In this document: positions 13,864 through 36,283 of the stretch, piece after piece
How positions within the stretch are numbered: the stretch's first letter is position 1
Layout: each line of letters starts with the position of its first letter
Source of the DNA: Amoebidium appalachense
Taxonomy: Eukaryota > Protista > Ichthyosporea
NCBI GenBank assembly: GCA_963693365.1
Contig: CAVNZM010000013.1
Coordinates: forward strand, 4,492,722-4,556,721
Length of the DNA: 64,000 nucleotides
Direction of reading: 5' to 3'
Made by a program: the position numbers and the translations under genes
Notes under the pieces: model-generated
The model's input: the letters and a program-made list of their open reading frames with translations, nothing else
Told to the model about the DNA's origin: nothing
Database searches by the model: none

Positions 13864-14299
13864 ATTTCAATATATCGAACCACGGATGCACCCTACCGCC
13901 TAGTTACTCAGTCAACAGAGTGCCTTTCATTTGTATCTCATGCAACAGCACAATAATACACATGTGTTTTTATGAAGGGTTTCTAACCATTTCATTCATT
14001 CAAGCTAGATATATATAAATACTCCACAGCATCCCCTCCCCCCCCCCACCCGCCCCGCCTCAACCCAGGAAAAACTCTCAGCATACATACCACCCACATT
14101 AAGATACAACGGTGTGTGTGTGTGTGTCCGCCTGTGTGCGTCTTCGTTTTTTATGGTTTGTGTCTGTGTGTTTGTGTGTGCACACACACGCGCATATGTG
14201 TGTGTGTGTTTTTGTGCGGGTGCGCGTGTGCACACACATCAATTGCATCAACATAGTTAAAACCTATTAAAGTAAATCGAAACAACAAACAACCTCTTA

Positions 14300-23342
<9,043 letters not shown>

Positions 23343-23574
23343 GTTGGTGTGTGGGTGAGTATATTCTTTTCTGTGAAAGATGTTGATGTTGTGTGGAAAT
23401 GGCCAAGATGTAGGATTGTGCAAGTGTGTGAGCTTGCATGTACACTTGCTTGAATACACAACTTCTAGGAATGTAGTTGTAATTGCAATGTGAACTTGGT
23501 TTTCCAAGAGTTGGATAGGAAAAGTGCGACCAAGGCCTCAATAGAACCTTTGGGAGGAGTCTAAAAGAAAGGAT

Positions 23575-24110
<536 letters not shown>

Positions 24111-24963
24111 CTCTCTGTCTCCCTCTCGATCTGATGTCTGAGTCTGTCTGTTTCTGAGAGGCAGCGGCTCTCTCTGTCGCTCATCGTAGGGTTGGAAAAA
24201 AAGCAAAGGAAAGCCTCCGCGAAGGTTCCTTGAGGTAATGAAGATTCTTTGCACGCTAAGCTATGCATATTTATCTACTTGTAGTGGGAGTTTTCATGTA
24301 AAATGGTCATAAAAAACGGAACGACGGGAGGGGAGGGATAAGGGAGCCTTTTGTAAGAGAACCACGGGCATTGATTTGAGGAGTCGAGAGCATTTCTACC
24401 CTGGTGTTTTCGAGGCTCTCTTTCATCTGATTGGCTAGTGAGAATATGTCAGAGCGAGAGATGATTGGATGAGCCTGACAGTGGCGCAGAGGTGTGCAAA
24501 TTCAGTTTTGAAATCGTTAACCCAAAAGAACTGTAACGCTATACATCATTACAATGTTAAATAAACAGCCTAAAAAATAAAAATTTTTTTTTAACGTGTA
24601 CCAAAAATGTGAAACGTCGATTTGGCACTTTTGTATATGAAGCTTAATTCATACCTGAATTAATTATCTCCAAGCATGTGTACCTGGTGAGAGCTGAAGT
24701 AAGATTTGGCTTACCCCTCGTTCAATAGTGGTCAGTATATAAACACCCACTCGAGCTCAGTTCTTCAAGTGACCTGCAGAACTTGACACACGTGAAACTT
24801 TCTTGTATTTTTGTGCAAGCCTTTGGATGCATGTGAGACTTCCCTATCTTCTATGTTTTTATAAACCCTATCCTTTCACCTGTTTATCTTGATTCAAATG
24901 GCTCTTGACCAATTAAGGCAGGTTTTGTCACACAGAGGCATTTTGAAGGGGATGGTTGAGGTG

Positions 24964-25004
24964 CACGGCCATCTAGAAACACCAGGTGTTTCTAGATGGC
25001 CGTG
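24964..25004. mobile_element. 41-bp TIR-only micro-MITE with 8-bp TSD (hAT-like)
   Basis: Perfect 20-bp inverted repeat CACGGCCATCTAGAAACACC-A-GGTGTTTCTAGATGGCCGTG, flanked by TTGAGGTG at 24956-24963 and 25005-25012. Confidence 0.85.
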
Positions 25005-25880
25005 TTGAGGTGTTATGTTTGCTTTTTGATGCACGGAAAATGTATGTCGGAAATGGTTGGTGGGATTGTGGAGCGAGAAAAGGTTTGGAATTCAACGGAA
25101 GTTGAAAAGTGGTCTGGCGTGTAACGATGACGATATAATGCTCCTGCGTCTTGGGAGGGGAGAGAGGAGGAGGAAGGGGGGGGGATAGGGAGGGGGGGGG
25201 GAGGGGGAGGGGAGGGTGTATCGATGGTGGTTGAGTAGGCGGGCAGCTGTGAGTGTGTGGGAGGGAGAGGGGGTGCGGAGACCGATGGTGGGAAGGGCGG
25301 GGGAAAGCGGGGCGGGGGGGGAGGGGGGAGGGGGATGGGAAGGGGAGGGGGAGGGGGGGGGAGGGGGGGGGGGGGGGGGGGGGGGGGCACAATAAGTTGC
25401 CACCCCCCTCTCCCTCCCCCCTTCCCCCAACCACCACCATCACCACGACCAGGCATGGGTATTGCATGTTGTTGCCTGTTTTGTCCTACCTCTCTACGCT
25501 TGACCCCTCCCACACGTCTTCTTTCTATACTTTCCCGCCTGCCCCGCAACACCCACGCAAACCACCTCCCCCCGCCACCACCACACGCGCAGTGCACTTG
25601 CACACACACAGCATCCACCATCACGCCCCCCCCCCCCCCCCCCCCCCCCCTTCTTCCTCTCCGCTCCCACACAAGCAGATACGAACTTCTCTCCATACCC
25701 TCCCCCCCGTCCCTCCCACCCCCCCACACCGACACACACACACAACACCCACAGTGCATCCCAGTGAACACACGTTCCATCCACCCGCCTCTAACTCAGC
25801 TTGTTCCCTTACCTCGAAACATACACAACACCTGCCTTTTTTAACCTATTTTATGTTTGCTTGTGCAGACCAACAGCAAC

Positions 25881-26476
25881 ATGGCTCAAGACGACCACAT
25901 TCCCGACTTTGCCACCCTGGCTATCCACGCCGATGATGACATGGAGAATGGAGTGATTGACATTGCACCTCCCCTGCACGTGAGCACCACGTTTAAATAC
26001 CCCAAAGACATCATGGAAACAGGTACATGCAACTGTTTTATTCTTGGGTGCAAAAAATGTTCTATTCTTGGTTTCATTTTTTTTTTTTTTTTTTAGAGGG
26101 GGGGGAGGGGGGGGGGGGGGGAGGTGGAGATAAAGTAAACACTCGGCTTTTTGTTTCACTATCTATCTTGTTACAGTTCTTAGCACTATTCTTGATATTT
26201 TTAATATCGCTGTTGTATTATACTTACTGTTGTTGTTGCTACAATTAAAATAGGATAGGGACGTTGGGTGGGGGTGGACATGCCTTTCCGCTCTCGTTTG
26301 AGAGCAATTGCAAGTAGCCACCCTGCCTGCCACCCTCCCCCCCCCCTCCCCCCCCCGCCCCCTGGGCCACCCTCGTTAGGTTAATGTTTTCTGTGTGTGC
26401 TCTTCTTTGCATCTCTGCACATGCTCTAAAAAGGAATTTGTACTTCAGAATTTAGAACACTGTCTAATCTTTCCCC

Positions 26477-26571
<95 letters not shown>

Positions 26572-27278
26572 ACTTTGAATACAGCCGTGAGGACCAGCCC
26601 ACCCGTCGGAGAGCAGAGAAGGTTCTTGGCCGTTTGGAAGCCGGAGAGAAAGGTGTGTGTGCACCTGTGTGTGTGTGTGGGTGTGGGTGGGTGGGGAAGG
26701 GGGAGGAGGGTGCTAGGTGGGTGGGTGGGTGGGGGGGGGGGGTGGCTGTTAACAAGGCCTTGAGAGAAGAAGTTAGCTGTACTGCTTTAGAGCAACAGAG
26801 CTTTGGATATCCGGGAAGAACTGGGAGGGCACCGGGGGGAGGGGGAGGGGGGGGGGGGGGGCAAGAGATTTGGACACCCATACATATGTCTAATACAGAT
26901 CACGATATATGTGTGGTACATACATCAATAGTGAGGCAGAAAGGGGAGTTGAAGGGAGTCTTCGAAGAGAGGAGAGAGTGGAACACAGTGATCTGGTACA
27001 CGTCTACCCGCTTTCCAGCAACACAAGTTTGGCAAGGTGGCCTTTTATTGTGCAAAGTAAAAGTGGGGCGCTGCGTGCATGCTTATCAACCAACCCGCAT
27101 GTATTCAAACAAACACACAGACAGACACAATAACACATAAACAAGCACACACCGAGAGATCGAGGGAGGAGAAACACACACACACACACTCACATCCACA
27201 CACATCCCTCCCCCCCGGACACAAACCCACACACCCACAAACCCCCCCCCCCCCCCCCCCCTAACTACCCCCCCCCCC

Positions 27279-27320
<42 letters not shown>

Positions 27321-27425
27321 CCCCCTATCTGTCCCCCCTCCCCCAACCCCCCCACACACACTCATAAACCCCACCCCCCCCTCCCCTTCCCCCCCACCCC
27401 TCCCCACACACACACGTACACACGA

Positions 27426-27461
<36 letters not shown>

Positions 27462-27977
27462 AGGGCGCTGTATCCTGTATGCGTCTGGTCTTGCTGCCAT
27501 TCAGGCCGTAGTTCTCCACGTGGCCCCCAAGAGGGTTGCATGCAGGGGGGGATACCATGGCTCTATTGGTGTCTTCAACCAGAACAAACTTGTACGTGCC
27601 CTCCCCCCCCCCCCCCCCTCCCCCCCCCCCCACCCCCTCCCCATGAATATGCATTTCATTATGTCTATCACATTATATCCCCCTCTCCCCTCCTTCAACC
27701 CCTTCGCCACCTGCATGAATAGCTTGGGCCCTCCTGAAAACAGGCTCTCTGATGATGCGTACTCGTTGTTTGTGCTTTGCCGTATGCATACGGTTGTCCG
27801 TCGTGAACTTTCGCGAATGTAAATATGTACCGGTTAAACGCGTTATTCTTCCATATCTCTCTCTCTCCCCCCCCCCCCCCCCCTCTCCCCCTCTTCCCCC
27901 CCCCCCCGCCCCCGTCCCCCTCCCCCGTTTCCACCCCCGAGGGCCTGCCCTATTTCCTCCCATGACTTCCATCCCCA

Positions 27978-28011
<34 letters not shown>

Positions 28012-28213
28012 ACAGGATGGGCTCTGTTTGTTATGCATACTCTTCATGTGTTTTTTGCACTGTTGCATTGTGTTGTCCGTCATGAGTGCGTACTTTGTAG
28101 TCTATTACTCTTTCTGATCTCTCCCCCCCTCCCCCCCCCCCCCCCCCCTTCCCGCCTCTTCTCCCCGCCCCTCTCCCCCCCCCCTGCCCGTGAACATCCA
28201 CTCACTCACTCGA

Positions 28214-28285
<72 letters not shown>

Positions 28286-29467
28286 ACAGACAGACATACA
28301 CCTCAATCACTCACTCAAATACTTAACTCACAAAACCCTTCCCGCTCCCCCCTTGACCCGCCCAAGTTCAGTTGATGCTGCTGTCTGAGTTGGAGCGTCG
28401 TATATACGCGGGCTAAGGGGTCGAAACTCAGACGCAATTGATGACTTGGGTCCTCCCTGAGGATGGGCTCTGCTTATGACGCATACTGTGCACATGGCTG
28501 ATGTTGCATACTTGAATGTTTGCCTTTGCATGTGTCCTGCACCATGCTTCTCGTCGTGTATGCGTACTTCGTACCTTTTTCCGCATTCAAACCCCCCCCC
28601 CCCCCCCCCATCACCCCCCCCCTCTCTCCCCCCCCCCCCATCCCCTTCCCCCCCTCTCCCCCTCCCCCCCTCAGGAAATGATTGATATTGATGATGAATA
28701 CCAACCCGGTGATCTCGTTTGGATCGAAACCCCTCGTAATGCATCGTGCGATGTCTACGGTAGGTGTCTCTGTTCATACTCCGCAAAAATGGGTTTTTTC
28801 TGGCTATCCCTACCCCCCCCCCCCCCCCCCCCGCCTCCCCTTCCCCCTCTCCCACCCCCGTCACCACCGCGGAGCTTAGGGACATACACACTCCTGTCGT
28901 TTTTTCTGTCTTCCCCCTCCTGTCTCGCTCTCTCTCCCCCCCCCCCCCCCCCCCCCCTCTCCCAAAAGACGGGCGACCCATACATGTTCAAGCCAAACAG
29001 TATCTGAGATGGGTTTCGTTAACGAGGTGAATGGGTGGAAACTCGGGTACTGTGGATGACGTGGCCCTCCCCTGAGGATGGGCTCTGCTTATTATGCATA
29101 CTCTTTATGTATGGTTTGCATTCTGCATCGTGTTATCCGTTGTTCTTGTATACTTCAAACTTTATGACGCATTCAATCCCCCCCCCCCCCCCCCCCCCCT
29201 TCACACACACAAAAACTCTTGTTCACTTCAACGCAGGTCCCCTCCTCCTCTCTCCCCCCCCCCCCCCCATTTTGTTTACTCACACGCATCAACACCCTAT
29301 TCATCCCCTTCATCCACTCCCCCCTCCCCCCTCCCCCCCCCCCCCCCCCTTCCCCCCTCCGTCAACGAAACACTAGCACACACTAACACCTGTACAGCTC
29401 CCCCCCCTCACCCCCATCCCACCCCTCCGCACATACATGTGAGTGCATGCAGGAACACTCACGGACA

Positions 29468-29508
<41 letters not shown>

Positions 29509-29583
29509 GACACACACACACACAAACACACACACGCGCGCGTGCGCGCACACACACACACACACGGACAGACACACACGCAC

Positions 29584-29653
<70 letters not shown>

Positions 29654-30844
29654 TCCGTCACTACAGTGAGAAGGCCCACGCTGCCGGGGCCAAGATAGCC
29701 GTCGACTCGACATTTGCCCCCCCTCCCCTCCAGTACCCCCTGCAGCACGGTGGGTGTTGATTGGCTAACAATCACACCGCATGTCTTGATTGGCCAATGA
29801 TCACACTGCCTTTCTTTGATGTTCATTGGGTCTGTGTACATTCTTTCTAAATATTAGCATTGGCTTTGTTGGTAGGTCAATTATCACACGCCTTAATCTA
29901 TTGGCTACTGATCATGCGTACACAGTTTCTGAACATTACCATATGGTTTGTTGATTTGTCATTTGTCACGCGATTGAAGCAACCACCGCTACTTCCATTT
30001 TAGCCGCTGACGCGAGCCACATCGTTGACGTCATTCTGTGCACAATTTCCATGAAGCCGTACGAGCTGAAGCTGGCTCTGTCGTATGTCGACATCGGCAT
30101 GTGACACAGTTTGATTGATTCTCTTGATTGGTGAGACACATTTGAGAAATGTGGCTCTCGGGCGGTCAGCGCCCAGACGCTAAAATGGGAGAAGCGGTGG
30201 TTGGTTTAAGTTGTCAATAAGCACACACATATTTGGTCAGCCAATAGACACATTTTACTAATACACAATTTGAAAAGTAGTATAAGTACATCGAGGACCT
30301 ATACTATTTGATGTGGTCAATTTTACCGTACCACTTTTTGGTTTAGTAGAAAAAAAGTATATCGCGAACAGCCGACCCGATCCCGGTGCGCATTTGTTGC
30401 GTTCACCCCAATCAATTCGATCTGGCAAAAAGATATACTTTACTTCCGAAGTATATCTTTTGGCCCTTTCATATGATCGATATACTTAAGTATATCGACT
30501 TTGAATATCTTTTTCGCGATCTTACCAGGTTTGACAGATCAACGATATACTTGTACTATACTTTTCAAAATGTATTATAGTAAACCGTGTCTGATCACCA
30601 AAACTTCAGTCTTTGGCTAATCACCATCCGTGCATTCTTTCGCAGTAGCACCATATCCTTTGTTAATTGGCCAGGTGTCACCCGTCTTCTATATCGGCCA
30701 AGGTTTACACTTGGCTATCTCTTGACACCCTTTCTGATGGGTCAGTTATTACGCTCTCTTTATGTGAATTCATTTCCTATTTATCTCCTGGATGAGTTGT
30801 AACATTTAATCCTGACACATACACACATACACGCGCGCGCGCGT

Positions 30845-30900
<56 letters not shown>

Positions 30901-31016
30901 CGACTATGTCATGCACTCCACGACCAAGTTCTTCATGGGTCACAGTGATGGTCTTGGTGGTGCTGTGATTGTCGACAATGAACAAGTACACCACGAGGTA
31001 TCCGCTCTCTCTCTCT

Positions 31017-31093
<77 letters not shown>

Positions 31094-31096
31094 TTG

Positions 31097-31130
<34 letters not shown>

Positions 31131-31229
31131 CCCCTCCCCCCCCCCCCCTCTCTCTCCCTCTCTCCCTCTAACACACTCTCACTCACTCACTCACATACAT
31201 ACGCATACACACATACACAGAAGCGCGCG

Positions 31230-31268
<39 letters not shown>

Positions 31269-31295
31269 GCACACACACATAGGCAAACGCGCGCG

Positions 31296-31326
<31 letters not shown>

Positions 31327-31456
31327 ATACACATCCCGTTACTTGGGGTCCTCCTCCTGAGGATGCTACATTCTCTTTTTGTGTCCTTCTTTATTTCTTC
31401 CACTTTTTCAACTTTTCCTTTCCTTTTTTTTTTTTTAGGGACCCGGAAGGGTTGTT

Positions 31457-31502
<46 letters not shown>

Positions 31503-33372
31503 AGCGCGTAAGCACAATCCTTGCATGCGTTTCTCCTATTGGCCCTTTCAGCAATTTTTAAGGAGACTCGGGGGATGGATTTTGGTTAAAAATTGGGGTT
31601 GCGCAACGGATTGAGATCGACCAAATTCCATAATTGATCCAGTCGACCAATTGATGCCGAACTGTCCGAAAGTTCAATTTGCACTATAAATCCCGCTTAA
31701 ATCCTGGACGATTGACCGCATAAAGTTTGGGAGAAAATGAAATTTCACTTAGAAAGTGAGGGGTATTTACCTAGTAAAATTTTTGTCCGGAGGAGTGGTA
31801 GGCTTCGGTTGAGGCACCCATCTTTTGCTTAGCATAAGCAAATATAGAGAGGGTATAATAAGACCTTACGAATATTTTTAATTAAAACTTTGTTATGTAA
31901 TCAACCCCCACTTTCTTAATAGGATTTTATTTTCAGGGCAAATATATGCGGTCATTCTCTCTGGATCTAGCGGCGAAACTTAGGCGGCTTGTAATCAAAA
32001 GCCCCAAAAGTGACAATTTTAGCCGGCTCACAGACTGGAATTTGATCGATTCCGATCGATTGGATCCCCCGATCACATTGCCGACAAACCATCCCCTAAG
32101 TCTCCTTAAAGGCTGCTTTTTAGACTGGTACCCATATTCTATGTGGTGTTTCTTAGGTCACGTGATTCTGAACCAATCATATTGCAGATGTTCCACCAGC
32201 GCACGTACATGGGCAACATGATTGGGAACCTGGAGTGCTGGCTGCTGCTGCGTAGCGTCAGGTATGGGTGTGTGGGGATTTTATGTGCACGTGCAAACAC
32301 ACGCTGACACACACACACATGCACACACACATGCACACACACACACACATACACGCACGCACTCGTGTCTAGATGTTGCGGGGGGACGGAGAAGGGGGGG
32401 GGGGGGGGGGGTTGGTGGAGGGGTGTGGGCTGGTGGGTGGGTGAGAAATCTATGTATATCTGAGTATGGGGGAGAGGTGGAAGGGGCCCCGGGGGGGGGG
32501 GGGGAGGGGGGGGAGGGGGGGGGGGGGGGGATGCTGCTGGCTGGTGGGTGTTCGTGCAACATATGTGGAAAATTTGGGATGGGATCGGTTTTTGTTTGTT
32601 TGTTTGTTCACTGGTAAAGATAGCAACTGACACGGATCTATTTTTAGGTCTCTGTCCCTTCGTGTCAACCAGCAGAGCAACACGGCAGAGAAACTGGCAA
32701 AGGCCCTCGAGGTACTGTGTGCACACACACACAGAGAGACGTGCATGCAGACACACGCAAACACAAGTACATGAACTTGCACACGCACACACACGTATGC
32801 ACACACACAACCACCATCATCGCGCACACACGCAGACACCCACATACCACTCCTTTTTTCCCTGACGTACATTTCATTTTCTACAACAACATACATTTTC
32901 GTGAATGCGGATTGTAGTTAATATTGAGACTGGTTTGGAATATGGACATATTGATTTGGAACATGGACCTATAAATCCCTATGGACCCATTAATTTGGAA
33001 TATGGACATATTGATTTGGAAGATGGACCTATAAATCCCTATGGACCTATTGATTTGGAATATGGACCTATTGTTCCTTTGTACTCGCATGCATATCAAT
33101 AAGAGCCAGCACCCTCCCCCCGATCCTCCTTCCCCCCCCCCCCCCCCCCCCCCATGTATTGGTTGGGAACCACGCGCGAGAGGTAAAAGAGTCGAAACCC
33201 ATGCTTTTGTGGAGGCATAGGAACCCCCCTGATGATGGGCTCTGTTCAAGTGTCTTCTGCCTGCACACTTAAAAAAAAACAACAATTGTTTGATTTTGGG
33301 ATCCCCCCTTTTGTGACGTTTTGTAGTTTGTCCTTTGGTGTTTCCTCCATGTTTTCCAACCCTCTAACGCAT

Positions 33373-33406
<34 letters not shown>

Positions 33407-33644
33407 GGTACCCCAGTAGTACTGAGACTTTTGCCACAATGCAAAATCATTTTCTCGCGATATTGGAGGATTACTTGAGATAAGCAACGGAAATATGACT
33501 CAATTTCCCGTTATTTTGCAGAGCCACCCCCGTGTTACCAAGGTGATGCACCCGTCTCTCCCCAGCCACCCGAATCACGAGGTTGCAAAACGCCAAATGA
33601 AGGGCTATGGTGGTGTTTTCGCCATTGAGGTACACCCCCCCCCC

Positions 33645-33676
<32 letters not shown>

Positions 33677-33800
33677 TGCTCCACACACACACACACAGAA
33701 AAGAAACAGAAGAAGAAGAAACGAAGAGAAAGAAAAGAAGAATGTACGAATAAGACTAGACTAGCAGAGGATGAAATAAAGAGTCCATGCCGTACGCGCG

Positions 33801-33857
<57 letters not shown>

Positions 33858-34096
33858 ACAAACACACACAAACACACGTGCACACGTGTACACGTGCACA
33901 CGACCGTTAACACATACTTATCCACTGAAGCAAAAAATGGAAAGGGCGAGAGAAAGAAGCGGCGGAACCCGGGCGGGGGGAGGGGGGAAGGGTGGGGGGG
34001 GGGGGGGAGGTGCTTCCACGATACTTTTTTGAAGGTTGTGATGACAATTAGTTTGCTAGTGAACGTCTTATCTGACTGTTGCCTATGCCCGTGTGT

Positions 34097-34195
<99 letters not shown>

Positions 34196-34933
34196 CTGGA
34201 GAGCCAGGAGATTGCTCTTGCCCTCCCCTTCAGGACAAAATACTTCCGCCCGGCTACCTCTCTTGGTACCCCCCCCCCCCCCAAAAAAAAAAAAAAATAG
34301 AAATAAAAAACAATAATAATAATAATAATGATAATAATAATAAAATCCCATCCCCTTATCACTGCCCCCCCCCCCCCCCCCCCCCACCCCCTCCCCCCTG
34401 GGTACATGTATTGAATGACTGCACACCACACCTCGCGATTTTACTCGTTTTTTTCCCTTTCTTTTGTTCACTCCTTTCTTTTACCTTTCAATCTCCCTGT
34501 AATCACTCCGCTGCTTCTACCTGGCTCCCCACCCGTTTCTTCTTTTGGTGGCCCTTATGACGATCTCCCCTTCATCCTTATTAGAACAAAGTATTGAATG
34601 AAAAGACATATATGACGATCTCCCCCTTCATCCTTATTAGAACAAAGTATTGAATGAAAAGACATATGGTACACACACAAAAGACCCATCACACGGTTTT
34701 CCTTTCCCCCCCACCCCCTCACCCCACCCCCTCCCCGCCCTTATTTTTCTTCCTATATCACGCATTTTTCGAGTGTCAAATGCTCACTTGACCTCCCACC
34801 AATCAACACGGGCCCATTCTAACCATATATGGCAGGTGGGGTGGAGTCTCTTGTGGACTACCGCTACCGCTGGGACAAGGGTGTCAGCAAGAACCTTCTG
34901 CGCCTGTCCATCGGCCTGGAGGTATGTGCACGT

Positions 34934-34986
<53 letters not shown>

Positions 34987-35182
34987 ACTGCACATGCGCG
35001 CAATCACACACATACACTCGTGCATATGTGTCTGCGGTCACAAATACCACAATACAAGCACACTTTGCGAATATACACACACGCACAAGCACGTGCAAGC
35101 ACACGCACATGCAAACTTGCACGCGCAAACACACGCGTGTGCGAAATCACACAGCACAAGCACGGTCACACACACACGCACG

Positions 35183-35244
<62 letters not shown>

Positions 35245-35390
35245 CACAGATACAAACACATACCCAAAACCGTATAACACTAGCACACACACGAGCACAC
35301 ACACACTCACACACACTCACACAAACACACAAACCACAAACACGAACATGCGGCTGTGTCCGGACACACACACACACACACACACACAGA

Positions 35391-35474
<84 letters not shown>

Positions 35475-35607
35475 GTGTGCTGAAAATATGCTTTTCCATC
35501 CACAGGCATATGAGGATCTTCTCCACGACCTCACCCAGGCTTTGGACGACTCCAAGCACCCCCCTCTGAAGTCGGTCCCCGCATCCTCAGCACCGGCAGA
35601 GAAATAG
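25881..35607 (+). CDS. PLP-dependent trans-sulfuration enzyme (Cys/Met metabolism family; cystathionine gamma-synthase/lyase-like), 12 exons, 380 aa
   Basis: Exons 25881-26022, 26569-26652, 27464-27591, 28675-28759, 29651-29749, 30897-30997, 32188-32261, 32648-32711, 33522-33629, 34196-34265, 34836-34921, 35506-35607 are all GT-AG and in phase (1143 nt). Motifs [44 protein letters not shown]-lysine motif [28 protein letters not shown]. Confidence 0.96.
27722..28120 (+). mobile_element. Two degraded 3' fragments of the poly-C-associated repeat family (27722-~27850 and 28014-~28120)
   Basis: GCTTGGGCCCTCCTGAAAACAGGCTCT..TGATGCGTACTC and AGGATGGGCTCTGTTTGTTATGCATACTC match the family core and tail. 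Confidence 0.65.
28355..28590 (+). mobile_element. Repeat family copy A (non-autonomous retroelement-like, abutting poly-C)
   Basis: Inverted homolog of 19723-19960. Starts after a C-run and ends GCATTCAA+A+C-run. Confidence 0.85.
28383..28471 (+). ncRNA. Candidate non-circularly permuted hammerhead ribozyme
   Basis: Strand 1: GTCTGAGT-T-GGAG (28383-28395). Strand 3: GGGGTC-GAAA-CTCAGAC (28417-28433). Strand 2: CTCC-CTGAGGA-TG-GGCTCT (28453-28471). All three stems can pair (III 8 bp, I 4 bp, II 6 bp with GU). Confidence 0.65.
28967..29177 (+). mobile_element. Repeat family copy B (diverged subfamily; hammerhead-like core partly decayed)
   Basis: CAGTATCTGAG/CTCGGGTACTG stem, GAAA at 29038-29041, CCC-CTGAGGA at 29069-29078, then TGGGCTCTGC. 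The cleavage triplet is GAT instead of GTT. Ends GCATTCAAT+C-run. Confidence 0.8.
29980..30203. mobile_element. MITE-like element, ~25-bp imperfect TIRs
   Basis: CAACCACCGCTACTTCCATTTTAGC ... GCTAAAATGGGAGAAGCGGTGGTTG; no clear TSD. Confidence 0.65.
30254..30584. mobile_element. MITE-like element, ~40-bp imperfect AT-rich TIRs with internal AGTATATC subrepeats
   Basis: TTTACTAATACACAATTTGAAAAGTAGTATAAGTACATCG ... CGATATACTTGTACTATACTTTTCAAAATGTATTATAGTAAA. Confidence 0.6.
31562..32105. mobile_element. Non-autonomous DNA transposon with TTAA TSD and GG...CC termini (Kolobok-like)
   Basis: TTAA|GGAGACTCGGGGGATGG...GATCGACCAAATTCCA at left and TGGAATTTGATCGAT...CCATCCCCTAAGTCTCC|TTAA at right. 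Confidence 0.75.
32935..33073. repeat. Minisatellite of 18/21-bp units with a 60-bp higher-order period
   Basis: TTGGAATATGGACATATTGAT / ATGGACCTATAAATCCCT units repeated. Confidence 0.9.
33156..33243 (+). ncRNA. Copy C: strongly diverged candidate permuted hammerhead with canonical CUGAUGA
   Basis: GTATTGGT-T-GGG (33156-33167); AGAGTC-GAAA-CCCATGC (33188-33204); CCC-CTGATGA-TG-GGCTCT (33226-33243). Directly follows a poly-C tract. Confidence 0.6.
34556..34665. repeat. ~55-bp perfect tandem duplication (intronic)
   Basis: TATGACGATCTCCCCTTCATCCTTATTAGAACAAAGTATTGAATGAAAAGACATA twice. Confidence 0.92.
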
Positions 35608-36252
35608 TTGGCACATTAAAAAGGGCAATTAATAGGATGGGAGAATTACAATGTTGGGATGTAGGCAAGGAATGCGGAAATAGAACGGACGTATCGGCCC
35701 GCCGCAAGAGAGAGTGGGTACGTACCCCGCCAATCGTCATTGAAATAGACAGAGGTGGAGTGGAGGTTATACAGGTAGCATGCATATGTAGTAACCGAAC
35801 TTATTGTGTCGATGATAAAAACGTTTTAAAAAGACTGCATTTTATTCTGGGACAAATTTAAACGATGTGTTGTACTATGTGTCTAGTTACGTACCTTTGT
35901 GTATTTGGCTATATGTAGCTCTATGTTTTGGTGGTGTGTTTGGCCGTGTATAGTTGAAGTATAGGCACAAGCCGCTCCGCAAAGAAAATGTTTTGATTCG
36001 CTGTAACTGAGTCTATCTATGCCGCAGGACGAATTCTAGCACATGCTGCTGACCTCTGCCCTGGCTGGGCCGGGGGGATCGTTCATTTATGCAGCCTAGG
36101 CCTAATACCAGTAAAACAAACGAAGAAATGAATGTAAAAGCAAAATTCTATAGCTAAGATGATTGCCCGGAAGGACCCCCCCACCCCGGGGCCGGATCCC
36201 GCTCCCCAGCCCCCCCCCCCCCCCCCCCCCTGACCATACCTCTCCTATCTCC

Positions 36253-36283
<31 letters not shown>

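Noticed and set aside
28392-28422. HDV-like ribozyme reading (GG-hairpin-GGCTAAGGG resembles HDV P4-J4/2-P2)
   Set aside because: No P3/L3 element or upstream P1 strand, and the putative catalytic C is not kept in copies B and C. The hammerhead core boxes are conserved instead.
28415-28430. tRNA/SINE B-box (GGGTCGAAAC)
   Set aside because: No A-box or cloverleaf; the sequence is better explained as stem II-GAAA-stem III.
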